Shown here one piece after another: positions 41,816 through 52,525 of a DNA stretch of 64,000 nt; within the stretch, counting starts at the first letter, position 1; every line of letters starts with the position of its first letter. The notes beneath the pieces are model-generated. The model did no database searches, was not told the origin of the DNA, and saw nothing but the letters and a program-made list of their open reading frames with translations. Source of the stretch: Spirochaetia bacterium (GTDB lineage: Bacteria; Spirochaetota; Spirochaetia; UBA9216). The stretch covers positions 1-64,000 of the forward strand of contig OZ223269.1 of NCBI GenBank assembly GCA_965140585.1, in the 5' to 3' direction. Both the position numbers and the translations under genes were made by a program.

Positions 41816-42338
41816 ATGAAGATTAAAAATCTGACGGTTCTCGCTGTACTGCCGGTACTTTTTTTACTTTTGTCATGCGATGATTCGGTTGATGCTTCCG
41901 GCACTTGAATATGATCCGGACAGTTTGTACGGCTATGAGCATGTAACCATTACCGCTGCGGGAGTATACAGCCTTTCAGAGGCCTCCAGAGATGACGCTA
42001 TAAATGTCGCCGGCGGTACCGATGCCTCATCACCGGGGACTTCTTCAAAACAGTATTCTGTGTAAATTACCTACAGTACAAGCCAGAGTGCGGACCCCCT
42101 GGTACATATCGAAGATGCTGATGGAGATGATGTACTTACCTTTGTGCCGTCAAAGATATACCAGGCCCTTGTCTTTTCTTCATCTGATCTTGTATACGGT
42201 TCAGAATACAGTCTTTACAGCGGAGGACGCTCTACCGGTACCGAAACCGATGAACTGTATTTCAGAGGAACATATGCAACCTCAGGTTCAGCTACAGAGT
42301 TTATTTTAAATTCTGTCGTGAAATCTGTGACAAAATAA
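41816..42338 (+). pseudogene. Heavily deleted lipoprotein gene (Cthe_2159/DUF4353-like)
   Basis: MKIKN...LLSC lipobox then stop; fragments VTITAAGVYSLS, DAIN, FVPSKIYQALVFSSSDL..G..Y.LYSGG with a frameshift and an internal stop. Confidence 0.6.
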
Positions 42339-42388
42339 CTGCTGTTCAAACTATTGCAAATCAGCGATTTTTTCTTAATATTCAAGGA

Positions 42389-43102
42389 ATGAAGACTATA
42401 GCTTCAGTGCTGGTATTAATTCTGATTAACATATTTCCATCATGGTCCTTACAAAATAGCTACGATTTTCAATTCGGAGGGACAGGGTGGGTGAAACGTA
42501 ATTCCGTCGAACCTTCAGGGCCGGGACCGAATATCTTTGGAGCAGCAGGCATTCAAGCCTTACCGGACGGAATAACGCTTGAGATTCAAAAGCTTGAAGG
42601 GAATTGGCAATGTGCAGAAATATTTACCGCCGGGACATTTTCTTATGGTACTTTTGATCTGGAATTTTCATTAGATTCCAAGATTGACAGCAATGCTGTA
42701 TTCGGGCTTTTTTTATACAATAGAGACATTCCACCACGCTTTAACGAAATTGATTTTGAAATAGCGAGGTGGGGAAACTCTAAAAATAATAATTGCCAGT
42801 TTACCGTCCAGCCGTATGAAAAAAACGGAAACAGTATAAGTTTTTTAAAGAATGCTCCAACGAACAGGTTCAGATTGCTGATAAGCTGGACAAGTGAATT
42901 TATTCTTTTTACACTGCTTGATAATAAAGGTCGGGTTATTAATAGCTGGGAGTATGGTGGGCCGGATATTCCCAGGAACACCAAAAGCAGATTTCATATT
43001 AATGCATGGCTTTTTGATGGACAGCAGCCGTCCGGTGACGGCATACTTTCCATTACTATCCATAAATTTGAATATAGAGATATTTTTGATAATCGAGGTT
43101 AA
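42389..43102 (+). CDS. GH16-family glycoside hydrolase-like secreted protein
   Basis: Signal peptide; FSYGTF, EIDFE catalytic motif. Confidence 0.75.
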   Translation: MKTIASVLVLILINIFPSWSLQNSYDFQFGGTGWVKRNSVEPSGPGPNIFGAAGIQALPDGITLEIQKLEGNWQCAEIFTAGTFSYGTFDLEFSLDSKIDSNAVFGLFLYNRDIPPRFNEIDFEIARWGNSKNNNCQFTVQPYEKNGNSISFLKNAPTNRFRLLISWTSEFILFTLLDNKGRVINSWEYGGPDIPRNTKSRFHINAWLFDGQQPSGDGILSITIHKFEYRDIFDNRG

Positions 43103-43119
43103 AATGTATCTGGGACTGC

Positions 43120-44997
43120 TCACTCCGCAGCGGTTTTAAACACCGCTGCATCTGTTTCAATCTTCAGTATGTCGCTCAGGTTCGATTCTCCGATTTTCTG
43201 TATGTTATCAATCGAATCCTTCAGATTGCTTATTCCGCTGTGAATCGTTTTTATTGAATCACTTGATATGCTGCTCGAAGATTTTAATTCCTGAACCGCA
43301 TTAAGTATCTGGGAATTCCCTCCGGTCATTTCTCCGGCTGCTGATTCAACAGAAGCCGCTGTGTCCTTCAGCTGATCAAGGCTGTCTATAATGAGGCGGC
43401 TTCCGGCGTTAAGCTCTCCGGTTCCGGCTTCAATTTCCATAAAAAGATTACTCACGTTGTTTATTGAGTTTATTATCCGTCCGAAATCCCGATCTGTCCC
43501 GGCTGCCGCAGCGGAAACCTGCTCAATCGATTGTCTTATAGTGTTAAGATTCTGCTTAACCCCCTTCGACTGTTCAGCGGACTGTTCTGCAAGCAGTCTT
43601 ATTTCCTCTGCTACAACCGAGAACCCTCTTCCTGCTTCGCCCGCGTGAGCCGCCTCAATTGCGGCATTCATAGAGAGCAGGTTTGTTCTGCTTGAAAGGT
43701 TTGATATGAGATCATTTGCCTGAATCAGTTTTTCCGATTCAACGACTATAGTTTTTATAAGTTCAATTACATTCAGCATAGACTGGCGTCCAAGTTCAGT
43801 GCTGGCATTCATCTCAGAAACATCCTGCTCAGCACCGGAGAGCCTGTCGGAAATAGAGTTTATTCCGGCTATCATCTGCTCGATTGCACTGCTTGATTCG
43901 GAAATACTGTCAGTCTGTCTTGATACGGTATTCTTGAGGCTGTCAACATTCCGTGAAAGCTGTTCCACTGCCGCTGCAGTCTGATCGGTTGATGCAGACT
44001 GACTGAGTATTATATCTCTTATCGAATCGGTCTTCTCAATGATTTTAATGATTTCATCATTGGCAGAAACAATCTGGGTGTTCAGATTGTTTCCCGAGAT
44101 ACTCATCCTGTTAAACTGTTTTTGCAGATTAAGCACAAGCCCTGAAACCGATTCAATGATCTGTTCAAAGCTGATAATCAGGGTGTCTGTTTCATCAGGC
44201 AGTAAACGGTGCTTTTTTACCGGCATTTTTCTGCTGAAGTCGCTTCCTCCGGTACTGTCCATGAAATGTGATAATTTAATCAGAGGACTTACTGAAAGGC
44301 GAATCCTGAAGAATGAAAAAATCACCAGTACAAGTGATATACCGGCCAGAGTCAGAGAAACAACCCTGATAATAAAGCCGATCCGGGTATCCAGTTCTGA
44401 TTCAAATGATAATACTGCTTTTTCAATTTCATCGGTATAAACCCCGGTTCCAATCCAAATGTCGGTTCCAGGAACCATCATGGCTGTCCCAAGCTTGGGA
44501 AATACTACATTCTCAGGTTCTCCCGGTTTTGACCAGTAGAATTCCAGAAACATAGAACCGTCCGAAGCTGCTTTATCGAGTTCTCTTATGATGTACTGTT
44601 TTTTATCCGGAGACTGCAGGTCCCACAGATTTTTTCCAATATTTCCCGGGTTTCCCCCATGAATTACATTAATGCCGTTTCCTTTTTGATATCCGTAAAA
44701 GTAGCCGTCAGTTCCGAACCTTATCTTTCCAATTATCTCCCTGCTGAGCTTAAGCTTTTCTTCGGCGGTTAAACCGGATTGTTCAAAGACTGCCTGCATT
44801 GCCGTTACCGCAGATTCTGTTGTACTTTTAAGTTCCTGCCTGTATCCATTGTTGATTATTTCAGTTGTATAGTCGCTGACTGCCGACTCAAGCCTCTGAA
44901 TCAGAGAACTGAAGGTAAAAATAGTTACAATTGAAAATGCGGCGAATAATGCCGCCATTGGAATTATTAGTTTTAGACTGATGCTGATGCGCTTCAT
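43120..44997 (-). CDS. Methyl-accepting chemotaxis protein with a Cache domain
   Basis: Two TM, GYFYGY...FYWSKPG...[37 protein letters not shown]. Confidence 0.93.
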   Translation of the reverse strand: MKRISISLKLIIPMAALFAAFSIVTIFTFSSLIQRLESAVSDYTTEIINNGYRQELKSTTESAVTAMQAVFEQSGLTAEEKLKLSREIIGKIRFGTDGYFYGYQKGNGINVIHGGNPGNIGKNLWDLQSPDKKQYIIRELDKAASDGSMFLEFYWSKPGEPENVVFPKLGTAMMVPGTDIWIGTGVYTDEIEKAVLSFESELDTRIGFIIRVVSLTLAGISLVLVIFSFFRIRLSVSPLIKLSHFMDSTGGSDFSRKMPVKKHRLLPDETDTLIISFEQIIESVSGLVLNLQKQFNRMSISGNNLNTQIVSANDEIIKIIEKTDSIRDIILSQSASTDQTAAAVEQLSRNVDSLKNTVSRQTDSISESSSAIEQMIAGINSISDRLSGAEQDVSEMNASTELGRQSMLNVIELIKTIVVESEKLIQANDLISNLSSRTNLLSMNAAIEAAHAGEAGRGFSVVAEEIRLLAEQSAEQSKGVKQNLNTIRQSIEQVSAAAAGTDRDFGRIINSINNVSNLFMEIEAGTGELNAGSRLIIDSLDQLKDTAASVESAAGEMTGGNSQILNAVQELKSSSSISSDSIKTIHSGISNLKDSIDNIQKIGESNLSDILKIETDAAVFKTAAE

Positions 44998-45270
44998 CTG
45001 GTATATCTCCGGTGTTGTTGTGTATGAAATTAATTGAGTAAATATATATCGTTTAATCGATTTCTAACAGATACAGAGTGTTAGAAATTTGTAAAATAAT
45101 TGCAAGTTTTAAACAAATTATGATAGAATCGATGAACATTTCCGATTAGGGTAGATCTCCGGCAGTAGGTCAAAGAATATTTGACTCTAATCAAAAAATA
45201 ATCTATGGTGTATCGTTGATTATATTATTGGATTTATTTGATCTTAAATACCGATTTTACAGGACAGTAA

Positions 45271-46455
45271 ATGAAAAAGAACAATGCTGTTATTAGAAAA
45301 GCATTAAGGCACAGTCCAATCAGTGCTTACCATCTTGCTAACGGATTTCTGGGAATGCAGAAAGCCAGACATCTGGACTACAGGTTAAAAAGAACCAAAG
45401 GCCGCCAGCTGAAGCTTGTGACTTTTAAGATTACGCCCTTATGCAACCTTCGCTGTGTTATGTGCGGACAGCGCGGTGAGAAAGGGATTCTAAAGGACGA
45501 TCTTGCATTAGAAGAAAATAAAAAAATAATTGATATTGATACTTATAAGAAACTTATTGATGATATAGCTCCCAAAAAGCCTATAGTATACATCTGGGGC
45601 GGTGAGCCTATGCTGTATCCGAACTTTATGGATCTTGCAGCATATTTTAAGAAGAAACTTCCCTTCTTTTCGGTAAATACAAACGGTACCCTGCTTAAAA
45701 AACATGCTGAGCGGATAGTTGCAGATAAATGGACCAGTCTTTTTATATCGCTCGATTCCTTTGAGGATGTGAATGATCAGATTCGCGGAAAGGGATCTTT
45801 TGCCAAGGTAATGGAAGGCATTGAGGCTATCAATCGTGAGAAAGCCCGGCAAAAATCAACTTTTCCTCTTATAGGGATTGTTACAACCATAACAAACCTC
45901 AACTACATGTATCTTGATAAAATGACTGAATCCGTTAGTAAAATGGGTCTTGCCTGGCATATCATCAACCTCGGAACCTATGTGAACGAAGAAATCGGTC
46001 AACGTCATACCGCCTACATGAAAGAAAAACTTGATATAGATGCAGTCTCCTGGAAGGGGTTTACCAGCGGATACAATGAGGGCATAGACGGTGAAGCCTT
46101 TTCTCATATTCTGAATAAAGTCCAGCGGATGGACCCCGGATATCCTATAATTACCGTACCGGTAATCGATCACAGGGTAATCGGGAAGTATTACTCTGAT
46201 CTTGATATGATTGTACGCAATAAATGTTATTATCCCTGGTTCGGATGTGATATTAATTACAACGGTGATGTTCATTTCTGTGCAGATTATCCTGAATATG
46301 TTATAGGGAATATCAAGGATAACAGGCTGATAGATATTTACAATGGTGAAAAAGCCGAACGTTTCAGGAGGGAGCTTATCGATTCTCCCGAGGGGCTTTT
46401 CCCTGCCTGTAAACGCTGCTATCAGAATATGCTTGCAGGAAACAGGGTTAAATAA
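45271..46455 (+). CDS. Radical SAM protein with a SPASM/twitch domain
   Basis: CNLRCVMC, WGGEP, TNG; CYYPW...G.VHFC...IGNI...CKRC. Confidence 0.9.
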   Translation: MKKNNAVIRKALRHSPISAYHLANGFLGMQKARHLDYRLKRTKGRQLKLVTFKITPLCNLRCVMCGQRGEKGILKDDLALEENKKIIDIDTYKKLIDDIAPKKPIVYIWGGEPMLYPNFMDLAAYFKKKLPFFSVNTNGTLLKKHAERIVADKWTSLFISLDSFEDVNDQIRGKGSFAKVMEGIEAINREKARQKSTFPLIGIVTTITNLNYMYLDKMTESVSKMGLAWHIINLGTYVNEEIGQRHTAYMKEKLDIDAVSWKGFTSGYNEGIDGEAFSHILNKVQRMDPGYPIITVPVIDHRVIGKYYSDLDMIVRNKCYYPWFGCDINYNGDVHFCADYPEYVIGNIKDNRLIDIYNGEKAERFRRELIDSPEGLFPACKRCYQNMLAGNRVK

Positions 46456-46503
46456 ACTATATATTAAATTGCTTTTAATCCATTTCTTTCTATACTTAAG
46501 TGT

Positions 46504-47088
46504 ATGAAGAAATGGATTTTTTTTATTCTGCTAATCTGTGTATCAACGGTCTTTCCTGCCGCCGAGACCACGCTGTCCGGTAAGGTTTCAGATGGACTTC
46601 TGCTTATGAGGGAAGAGGAAAAGCTTGCCAGAGATGTATACACATTCCTGTATAAATCTACCGGTCAGCAGATCTTCAGAAACATTGCATCAAGTGAACA
46701 GACCCATATGGATCAGATACTCAGGCTTCTGGACTTTTATGGAATCCCGGATCCTGTATCAGGTTTTGATTACGGCCAGTTCAAATCAGGTGAAATGAAG
46801 GCTCTATATAAAGAATTGACTGAAACCGGAGCAAAGTCTCTGGAAAATGCCCTTAAAACCGGAGCAACTATTGAAGATCTTGATATCAGAGATTTAAAAC
46901 TACTAATTTCGGAAACCTCTGAAACATCGATAATAACTGTTTATGAAAGTCTGCTTAAAGGTTCTAGAAATCATATGCGAAGTTTCATAAGCAGCATGAA
47001 CAGGTACGGATACAGATACAATCCGATCTATATAACACCGAAAGAATTCGAAGAGATTATCACATCACCAATGGAGCGTGGGAACTGA
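46504..47088 (+). CDS. DUF2202 ferritin-like exported protein
   Basis: MREEEKLARDVY, SEQTHM, IEDLDI.DL, GSRNHMRSF. Confidence 0.88.
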   Translation: MKKWIFFILLICVSTVFPAAETTLSGKVSDGLLLMREEEKLARDVYTFLYKSTGQQIFRNIASSEQTHMDQILRLLDFYGIPDPVSGFDYGQFKSGEMKALYKELTETGAKSLENALKTGATIEDLDIRDLKLLISETSETSIITVYESLLKGSRNHMRSFISSMNRYGYRYNPIYITPKEFEEIITSPMERGN

Positions 47089-47148
47089 GAAAGTCCGTTC
47101 TTCCGAAACCGTCTTTACATATACGGACTTAGATCTTAAAATTAGAAC

Positions 47149-48912
47149 GTGAGCGTAAAGGGCAGATATTCTATACGGAGTAGGTTTTTATTCGTTGTAA
47201 TTCTCGCATCTCTACCTTTTTTCATTACCGTCACCACCTCTACAATACTAATTTACAACATTTCCGCTAAAAACCTGCTCAGGCAGATTAAGAATACATC
47301 AACTGTTATCCAGAATCTCACAGAATCAATGCTTAATACGGGAGTCAGATCATATCTGGCTTCAAAAGCGGATTCCGCTGCAGAGGTTATTTATCATGAT
47401 TATGCTGAGGGCGTACCTCTGGAGCAGGTCTACAGCCGTATTTTAAACTGTGATATTGGAAGAACAGGATACTTTTACGGAATGAATTCAAAGGGTGTGA
47501 TTATTTTTCATCCGGACTCCTTTATTGTCGGAATGGATCTGTCTAAAACCGATCCGGTAAAATATCAGCTTTCAGTACGAGAAGGATATTACGAATATTA
47601 CTGGCGGAATACTACTGAAAAGGAAGCGAGAGCAAAGGGACTGTATATGAGGTATCTGCCCGAAATTGATCTTATTCTTACCGCAACCGGATACCGAAAT
47701 GAGTTTATTAATATGATAGATTTTACGGAAATAGAGAATGCCATGCTTTCGACAATATCCGGAAGCCCGGTGATTCCTTATATTCTGGATTCATCAGGAA
47801 AAATTCTTTTTCACCCGAATTTCAATAATAAACCGGAAGATGAAATAATCTCCAATGAAGAGTTCTCAACCTTTATAAACGAGGTCATCACCAAAAAAGA
47901 TGGATTTACTTCATATTCGTGGCGTGATTCTCAAAATACATCATACCGCGAAAAAATAGTATACCTGAAATATGTAAAGGATTTTGACTGGATAATCGGA
48001 ACCTCGGTATATAAGTCTGAACTTAACAGAAATCTGGGTTTTGTGGTTATGATAGACACCCTGGTCGTCTTCATTGTGGCCACGATAATATTTATTATTA
48101 TTTTCAAGTCCAATAAGCTGTTTGAGCATGAAATCATGCAGCTTTCGGGAATGCTGTCCGATTCGCTTGGTAAAGAAGACTTAAGTCTTCGAGTAAAGAC
48201 CGGCAAGCTTCTTGAAATTGCTGAATTCGGAAATAATCTGAACCACTTTATGGAAAATCTTGAAATAAAAAGCCTCCAGCTGTCGGAATCTATAAAAGAA
48301 AAAGACTTCCTTCTCTCTGAAATCCAGCACAGGGTAATGAATAATCTACAGACAATAATCAGTATATTGAATCTTCAGATGCTGCAGGAATCCCTCTCCA
48401 GTGAGACTTATTCGGCTCTTGCCGCTACCCAGAACAGGATTAACGCCATGGCTATCGTTTATACTCATCTGTCCGTTGATAATGAACAGTTTAAAACGGA
48501 TATGGTGTATATAAGAAGTTTTATGGATGATTTTATAAGCTCGGCTATAAGCCTTTTTAAGATTGATACCGGCCGGATACAGATCATAAAGAACATTGAG
48601 GATATTTCTCTTCCACGGAATGAAACTATATTATGCGGGTTGATTATCAATGAACTTATATCGCTTATAATCAAGACAACAAAAGATCCAGATGCGTGCA
48701 GAACAATTATAATATCAATGGCAGCTATGGATGAAGAAGGGAAGTGTGTTCTTGAATTAAGCGCAGATTGCAGCAGCGGGATGATAGTTGATTCCGATGC
48801 AGAGGCTCTGCTGGAAATAGAGCTTGTCAATATTTTATCCGAGCAGATTGGAAGCTTGTATGATTTTGAGTATACTGATTTTTTCAGATATAAAATTGAA
48901 CTGCAATGTTAA
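47149..48912 (+). CDS. Cache-domain sensor with a HisKA_2-type kinase core and a degenerate ATPase domain
   Basis: Two TM, two Cache-like repeats, EIQHRVMNNLQ; N and G boxes altered. Confidence 0.75.
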   Translation: MSVKGRYSIRSRFLFVVILASLPFFITVTTSTILIYNISAKNLLRQIKNTSTVIQNLTESMLNTGVRSYLASKADSAAEVIYHDYAEGVPLEQVYSRILNCDIGRTGYFYGMNSKGVIIFHPDSFIVGMDLSKTDPVKYQLSVREGYYEYYWRNTTEKEARAKGLYMRYLPEIDLILTATGYRNEFINMIDFTEIENAMLSTISGSPVIPYILDSSGKILFHPNFNNKPEDEIISNEEFSTFINEVITKKDGFTSYSWRDSQNTSYREKIVYLKYVKDFDWIIGTSVYKSELNRNLGFVVMIDTLVVFIVATIIFIIIFKSNKLFEHEIMQLSGMLSDSLGKEDLSLRVKTGKLLEIAEFGNNLNHFMENLEIKSLQLSESIKEKDFLLSEIQHRVMNNLQTIISILNLQMLQESLSSETYSALAATQNRINAMAIVYTHLSVDNEQFKTDMVYIRSFMDDFISSAISLFKIDTGRIQIIKNIEDISLPRNETILCGLIINELISLIIKTTKDPDACRTIIISMAAMDEEGKCVLELSADCSSGMIVDSDAEALLEIELVNILSEQIGSLYDFEYTDFFRYKIELQC

Positions 48913-48962
48913 AAAAAGTAAAAAAGTTGACAACTCAATAAAATTGCTGATTAATATATAGT

Positions 48963-51344
48963 ATGTACCAGCTTGTTGCTTTACTGTTTCCTGTTTTTCT
49001 TATTGGAATACTTTCATTTGTAGCCACAGCATATCTAATTCTGTTCTATAGAAGTAAAAACAAGAATTACATCCATTATATCGCAATCTTTGCTGTTTCA
49101 ATTGTTTATTCTTTGCTGGAAGTCTATTCATGTTCGCTGCTCTATCTTAAAGAGACTCCATGGGCGGTTCCTGATATATATCAGATAAAATCATTTGTGA
49201 TTATGGGTTATCTTGTTTTTCTGATTTTTTTCACGGATATTAAAACAGCTAAAATTATAAGTCCTGTTTTGACTGCGGCATTTTTAGTGATAATTTTTTT
49301 TACACCTCAATATTTTGTAAATATTTCAAGCAGCCCTTCCGGGGAATCTCTTCTCAGTTGGGGAATTCCGTCATTGTTCAAGTATGTGTTTTTCCTTTTA
49401 GCTTTCTTTCTGATAATTATATCGAGCGGAAAAAGCGATATGCTTGAGGTTGTCGAGTATTCCGGAAAACTTCCTGTTGAATCGGTTTTCTTTTCGGGTT
49501 TTCTTATTTTTGATGATTTTCTTATAACCTCACTGAATACAATTGAGCCTCTTGGTAATTCCTTGAATATCATAAGAACGTTTATTACATTTGCACTTAT
49601 TATCATCTTTTCTCTGACAGGAAACCGGCATACCCAGCACAGAAGACACGTGGAGTGGATACATTCTGTGTTCAGTAATGTCATTAAAGGAAAGCTTGAT
49701 CTCAGAAGCTCCAGCATTAAAAAAGATGCTGTCTGCTGGGTTGTAGATCCCGAGACAAAAAAGATTGAATATGTCAATTCCACATTCGACCGAATATGGT
49801 TGAATACCAGAACATTGCCGGCCGAAAAATATAAACTCTGGATAGAATCAATACATGAGGATGATTTTGATTATGTTTTCAGAAGTTATAAAAGCCTTAC
49901 ACCTGAATCTGAGCTTTTAGTAGAATACCGTATAAATACAAATGAGGGCATAAAATGGATCAGGGAAAAGGCACTGCTTACCTGCGATTCAAACGGCAAT
50001 TTTAGAATATTCAAGGAATCAAATGAAATTACAAGCGAGGTCCGGTATAATGAGCGCTTCTCAGGACCTGAATATGCTCTTTCGGTGATCAGCAGGAAGA
50101 TTTATCTCGATGTTCTGGATTCTATTGCAGAGGGCTACAGCGGATTTACATCCCCTGTTTACTTTGCTCTTCTGCTTATTGATATCAACCGGTTCCGGGA
50201 TATCAATATGGTCCACGGCAACAGAGTGGGGGATAAAGTTCTTGAAATCATATTTTTTCAGATTAAAAATGTAATCAGGAAAACTGATAAATTGTTCAGA
50301 ACCAACGGAGATAATTTTGCTGTTATTCTGACTGCTGTCAGCCGTGAACGCGATGTAATTAAAATTGCAGAAAAAATACTCAGATTATTCAGAGATCCGA
50401 TAAATATTGATAGTATGAGTATTCATGTTGAAATTAATATGGGAATAGCTGTTTATCCCTCCGATGGTGATACGGGCGAGGTTTTAAACAAGAGTGCTGA
50501 GCTGGCTCTCATACATGCTAAGAAATCAGATACGCCTTATATCTTCTCCTCTGAATCATTGAATACCGATGCTATGGTAAGACTTCAGATAACGGAAACT
50601 CTGAAAAAATCCCTTGTACAGAATGAGTTCTATCTTCATTATCAGCCTATCTTCGAATCTGAATACAAAATAGTCGGATACGAGGCGCTGCTGAGATGGA
50701 ACTGCAGCGGAAGCGGATTCTCGATTCAGGACATTATTGAGATAGCAGAAACCACCAGTCTGATGGAGGTTCTCGGTGAGTGGATATACAATAAAGCATT
50801 TGAAGATTTTGTGAAAATCCTGGAGCGGAATCCGGATCTTTTTCTTTCGGTCAACATTTCACCGGTTCAGCTTCAGAATCAGTCTTTTATCAGAAAAATC
50901 CATCATTCTGCTGTGCAGTCAGGGATTCCTTTTAATCAGGTGCACCTTGAAATTACTGAAACTACTTTTATGCGGGATCGGAATCTTTTATTTGAGAAAA
51001 TAAGTCGGCTGTCGGCGCTTGGATTCATAATATCAATGGATGATTTCGGAACCGGTTATTCCTCACTTGCATCGCTGAGAAAACTGCCCTTTCAGGTGAT
51101 AAAACTTGATCGTGAATTTATTCTGGAAATTCCTGAGAGCTCGGAAGCGTGCAGTTTTTTTGATGCTGCGGTACAGATGATCATTTCCGCAGGCAAGCGG
51201 CTGATTATCGAAGGGATTGAGACTGAGGAGCAATTCGAATACATAAAACAAAATGGAATAAACATTGAATTTCAGGGGTATCATTTTTCCAGGCCCCTCT
51301 CTTTTGATTCATTCAGCGAGCTTCTTAAGGCATACAGGAAGTAA
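48963..51344 (+). CDS. Membrane PAS-GGDEF(degenerate)-EAL c-di-GMP phosphodiesterase
   Basis: NGDNF in place of GGDEF; YQP, EALLRW, SVNIS, EITET, DDFGTGYSS, KLD, EGIE. Confidence 0.88.
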   Translation: MYQLVALLFPVFLIGILSFVATAYLILFYRSKNKNYIHYIAIFAVSIVYSLLEVYSCSLLYLKETPWAVPDIYQIKSFVIMGYLVFLIFFTDIKTAKIISPVLTAAFLVIIFFTPQYFVNISSSPSGESLLSWGIPSLFKYVFFLLAFFLIIISSGKSDMLEVVEYSGKLPVESVFFSGFLIFDDFLITSLNTIEPLGNSLNIIRTFITFALIIIFSLTGNRHTQHRRHVEWIHSVFSNVIKGKLDLRSSSIKKDAVCWVVDPETKKIEYVNSTFDRIWLNTRTLPAEKYKLWIESIHEDDFDYVFRSYKSLTPESELLVEYRINTNEGIKWIREKALLTCDSNGNFRIFKESNEITSEVRYNERFSGPEYALSVISRKIYLDVLDSIAEGYSGFTSPVYFALLLIDINRFRDINMVHGNRVGDKVLEIIFFQIKNVIRKTDKLFRTNGDNFAVILTAVSRERDVIKIAEKILRLFRDPINIDSMSIHVEINMGIAVYPSDGDTGEVLNKSAELALIHAKKSDTPYIFSSESLNTDAMVRLQITETLKKSLVQNEFYLHYQPIFESEYKIVGYEALLRWNCSGSGFSIQDIIEIAETTSLMEVLGEWIYNKAFEDFVKILERNPDLFLSVNISPVQLQNQSFIRKIHHSAVQSGIPFNQVHLEITETTFMRDRNLLFEKISRLSALGFIISMDDFGTGYSSLASLRKLPFQVIKLDREFILEIPESSEACSFFDAAVQMIISAGKRLIIEGIETEEQFEYIKQNGINIEFQGYHFSRPLSFDSFSELLKAYRK

Positions 51345-51363
51345 TTCTTTTTTCTTTACTTAT

Positions 51364-51390
51364 TTAGACTTTTAGATTAAATTAGTCTAA
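51364..51390 (+). promoter_or_regulatory. Palindromic operator directly upstream of tetR
   Basis: TTAGACT-N13-AGTCTAA, 4 bp before the ATG. Confidence 0.6.
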
Positions 51391-51394
51391 GAGT

Positions 51395-51970
51395 ATGAAA
51401 AGAGATGTCTATCTACAGGTAATAAAAGTCTCAGAGAATCTTTTTAACAGGTTCGGAATATCCAAAACGGCAGTCGATGACATCGCTTCAAAATCATCGG
51501 TCTCACGAGCTACTTTATTCAATAATTTCGGCAGCAAGGAAGGTTTGATAAGGGCGGTCCTGGATGAAAATCTTAAATCAATGGCTGATATAATCGAGAG
51601 AAAATCTGCCGCTAAAAGCAGATTCTTTGAAAGCCTAAGAGAACTCATTATCGCCAGACTGAATCTTATAAACAAGCTGAAGTTTATTGTTGATAAAGAA
51701 ATCAGCACAGAACTCCCGGTGATCAACGAATTCAGAAGAAAGCTAAATATTGTATTCAGAAAGGGGCTTGTTTCTTTTTTTGACCGTGGACGGCTCAGGG
51801 ATGAGGAGAAGAGAAGGCTTATTGAGGGCCTTATGATTATGATAAGCGGAATTGAGAATAAAATATCGGCTGACGGAGTTGATTTTAATTCAGAAACCGT
51901 TTCGTCAGATATTGATTTTTATATCCGCTCATTTATAGGAAATACCAGTTTTCGGGAGGTTTTAGAATAA
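51395..51970 (+). CDS. TetR-family regulator
   Basis: LFNRFGISKTAVDDIA...VSRATLFNNFGSKEGL. Confidence 0.9.
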   Translation: MKRDVYLQVIKVSENLFNRFGISKTAVDDIASKSSVSRATLFNNFGSKEGLIRAVLDENLKSMADIIERKSAAKSRFFESLRELIIARLNLINKLKFIVDKEISTELPVINEFRRKLNIVFRKGLVSFFDRGRLRDEEKRRLIEGLMIMISGIENKISADGVDFNSETVSSDIDFYIRSFIGNTSFREVLE

Positions 51971-52525
51971 ATGGAGATTGATGAATCTGTTTTCTTTTAT
52001 TTTCTTCTGTTTTCAGTTACCGGATGGATTATTGAGTTTATATTCAGAAGTTTGTATGAGAAGAGGATTGTAAATCCTGGAATGCTTCATGGTCCCTGGC
52101 TGCCTCTTTACGGTTTCGGCGGTTTGATTATGCTTTTTAGCCGTGCCCTTCTTTTTCGTTACGGAATCCTGACTGCTGCTGTATATTATTTTACGGTCTT
52201 CAGTCTGCTGGAACTTGGTGCCGGAATAATACTTGAGAAGGTCTTTGACCGCCGGTACTGGGATTATTCCGAAAACCGCTTCAATATTATGGGTTATGTC
52301 TGTCCGCTATATTCGATGGGCTGGGTTATTATCGGTCTTGCAGGAAGCCGCTTCATTCTGCCGTTTTTTACAGACTTTGTATCAGTACTTGCAGGCTCCG
52401 GTGCCTATTTTTTTAACAGAATGATTATGCTTGTTATGGTTTCTGATATTGTTATCTCTGTCCTTTTTACTGAAGCAAGACTTCAGAAGATCAAGGAGAA
52501 TTTGAACAGAAGATTTAGATGGTAG
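51971..52525 (+). CDS. CmpB-like putative ABC permease membrane protein
   Basis: GWIIE, NPGMLHGPWLPLYGFG, WDYS..RFN..G.VC. Confidence 0.8.
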   Translation: MEIDESVFFYFLLFSVTGWIIEFIFRSLYEKRIVNPGMLHGPWLPLYGFGGLIMLFSRALLFRYGILTAAVYYFTVFSLLELGAGIILEKVFDRRYWDYSENRFNIMGYVCPLYSMGWVIIGLAGSRFILPFFTDFVSVLAGSGAYFFNRMIMLVMVSDIVISVLFTEARLQKIKENLNRRFRW

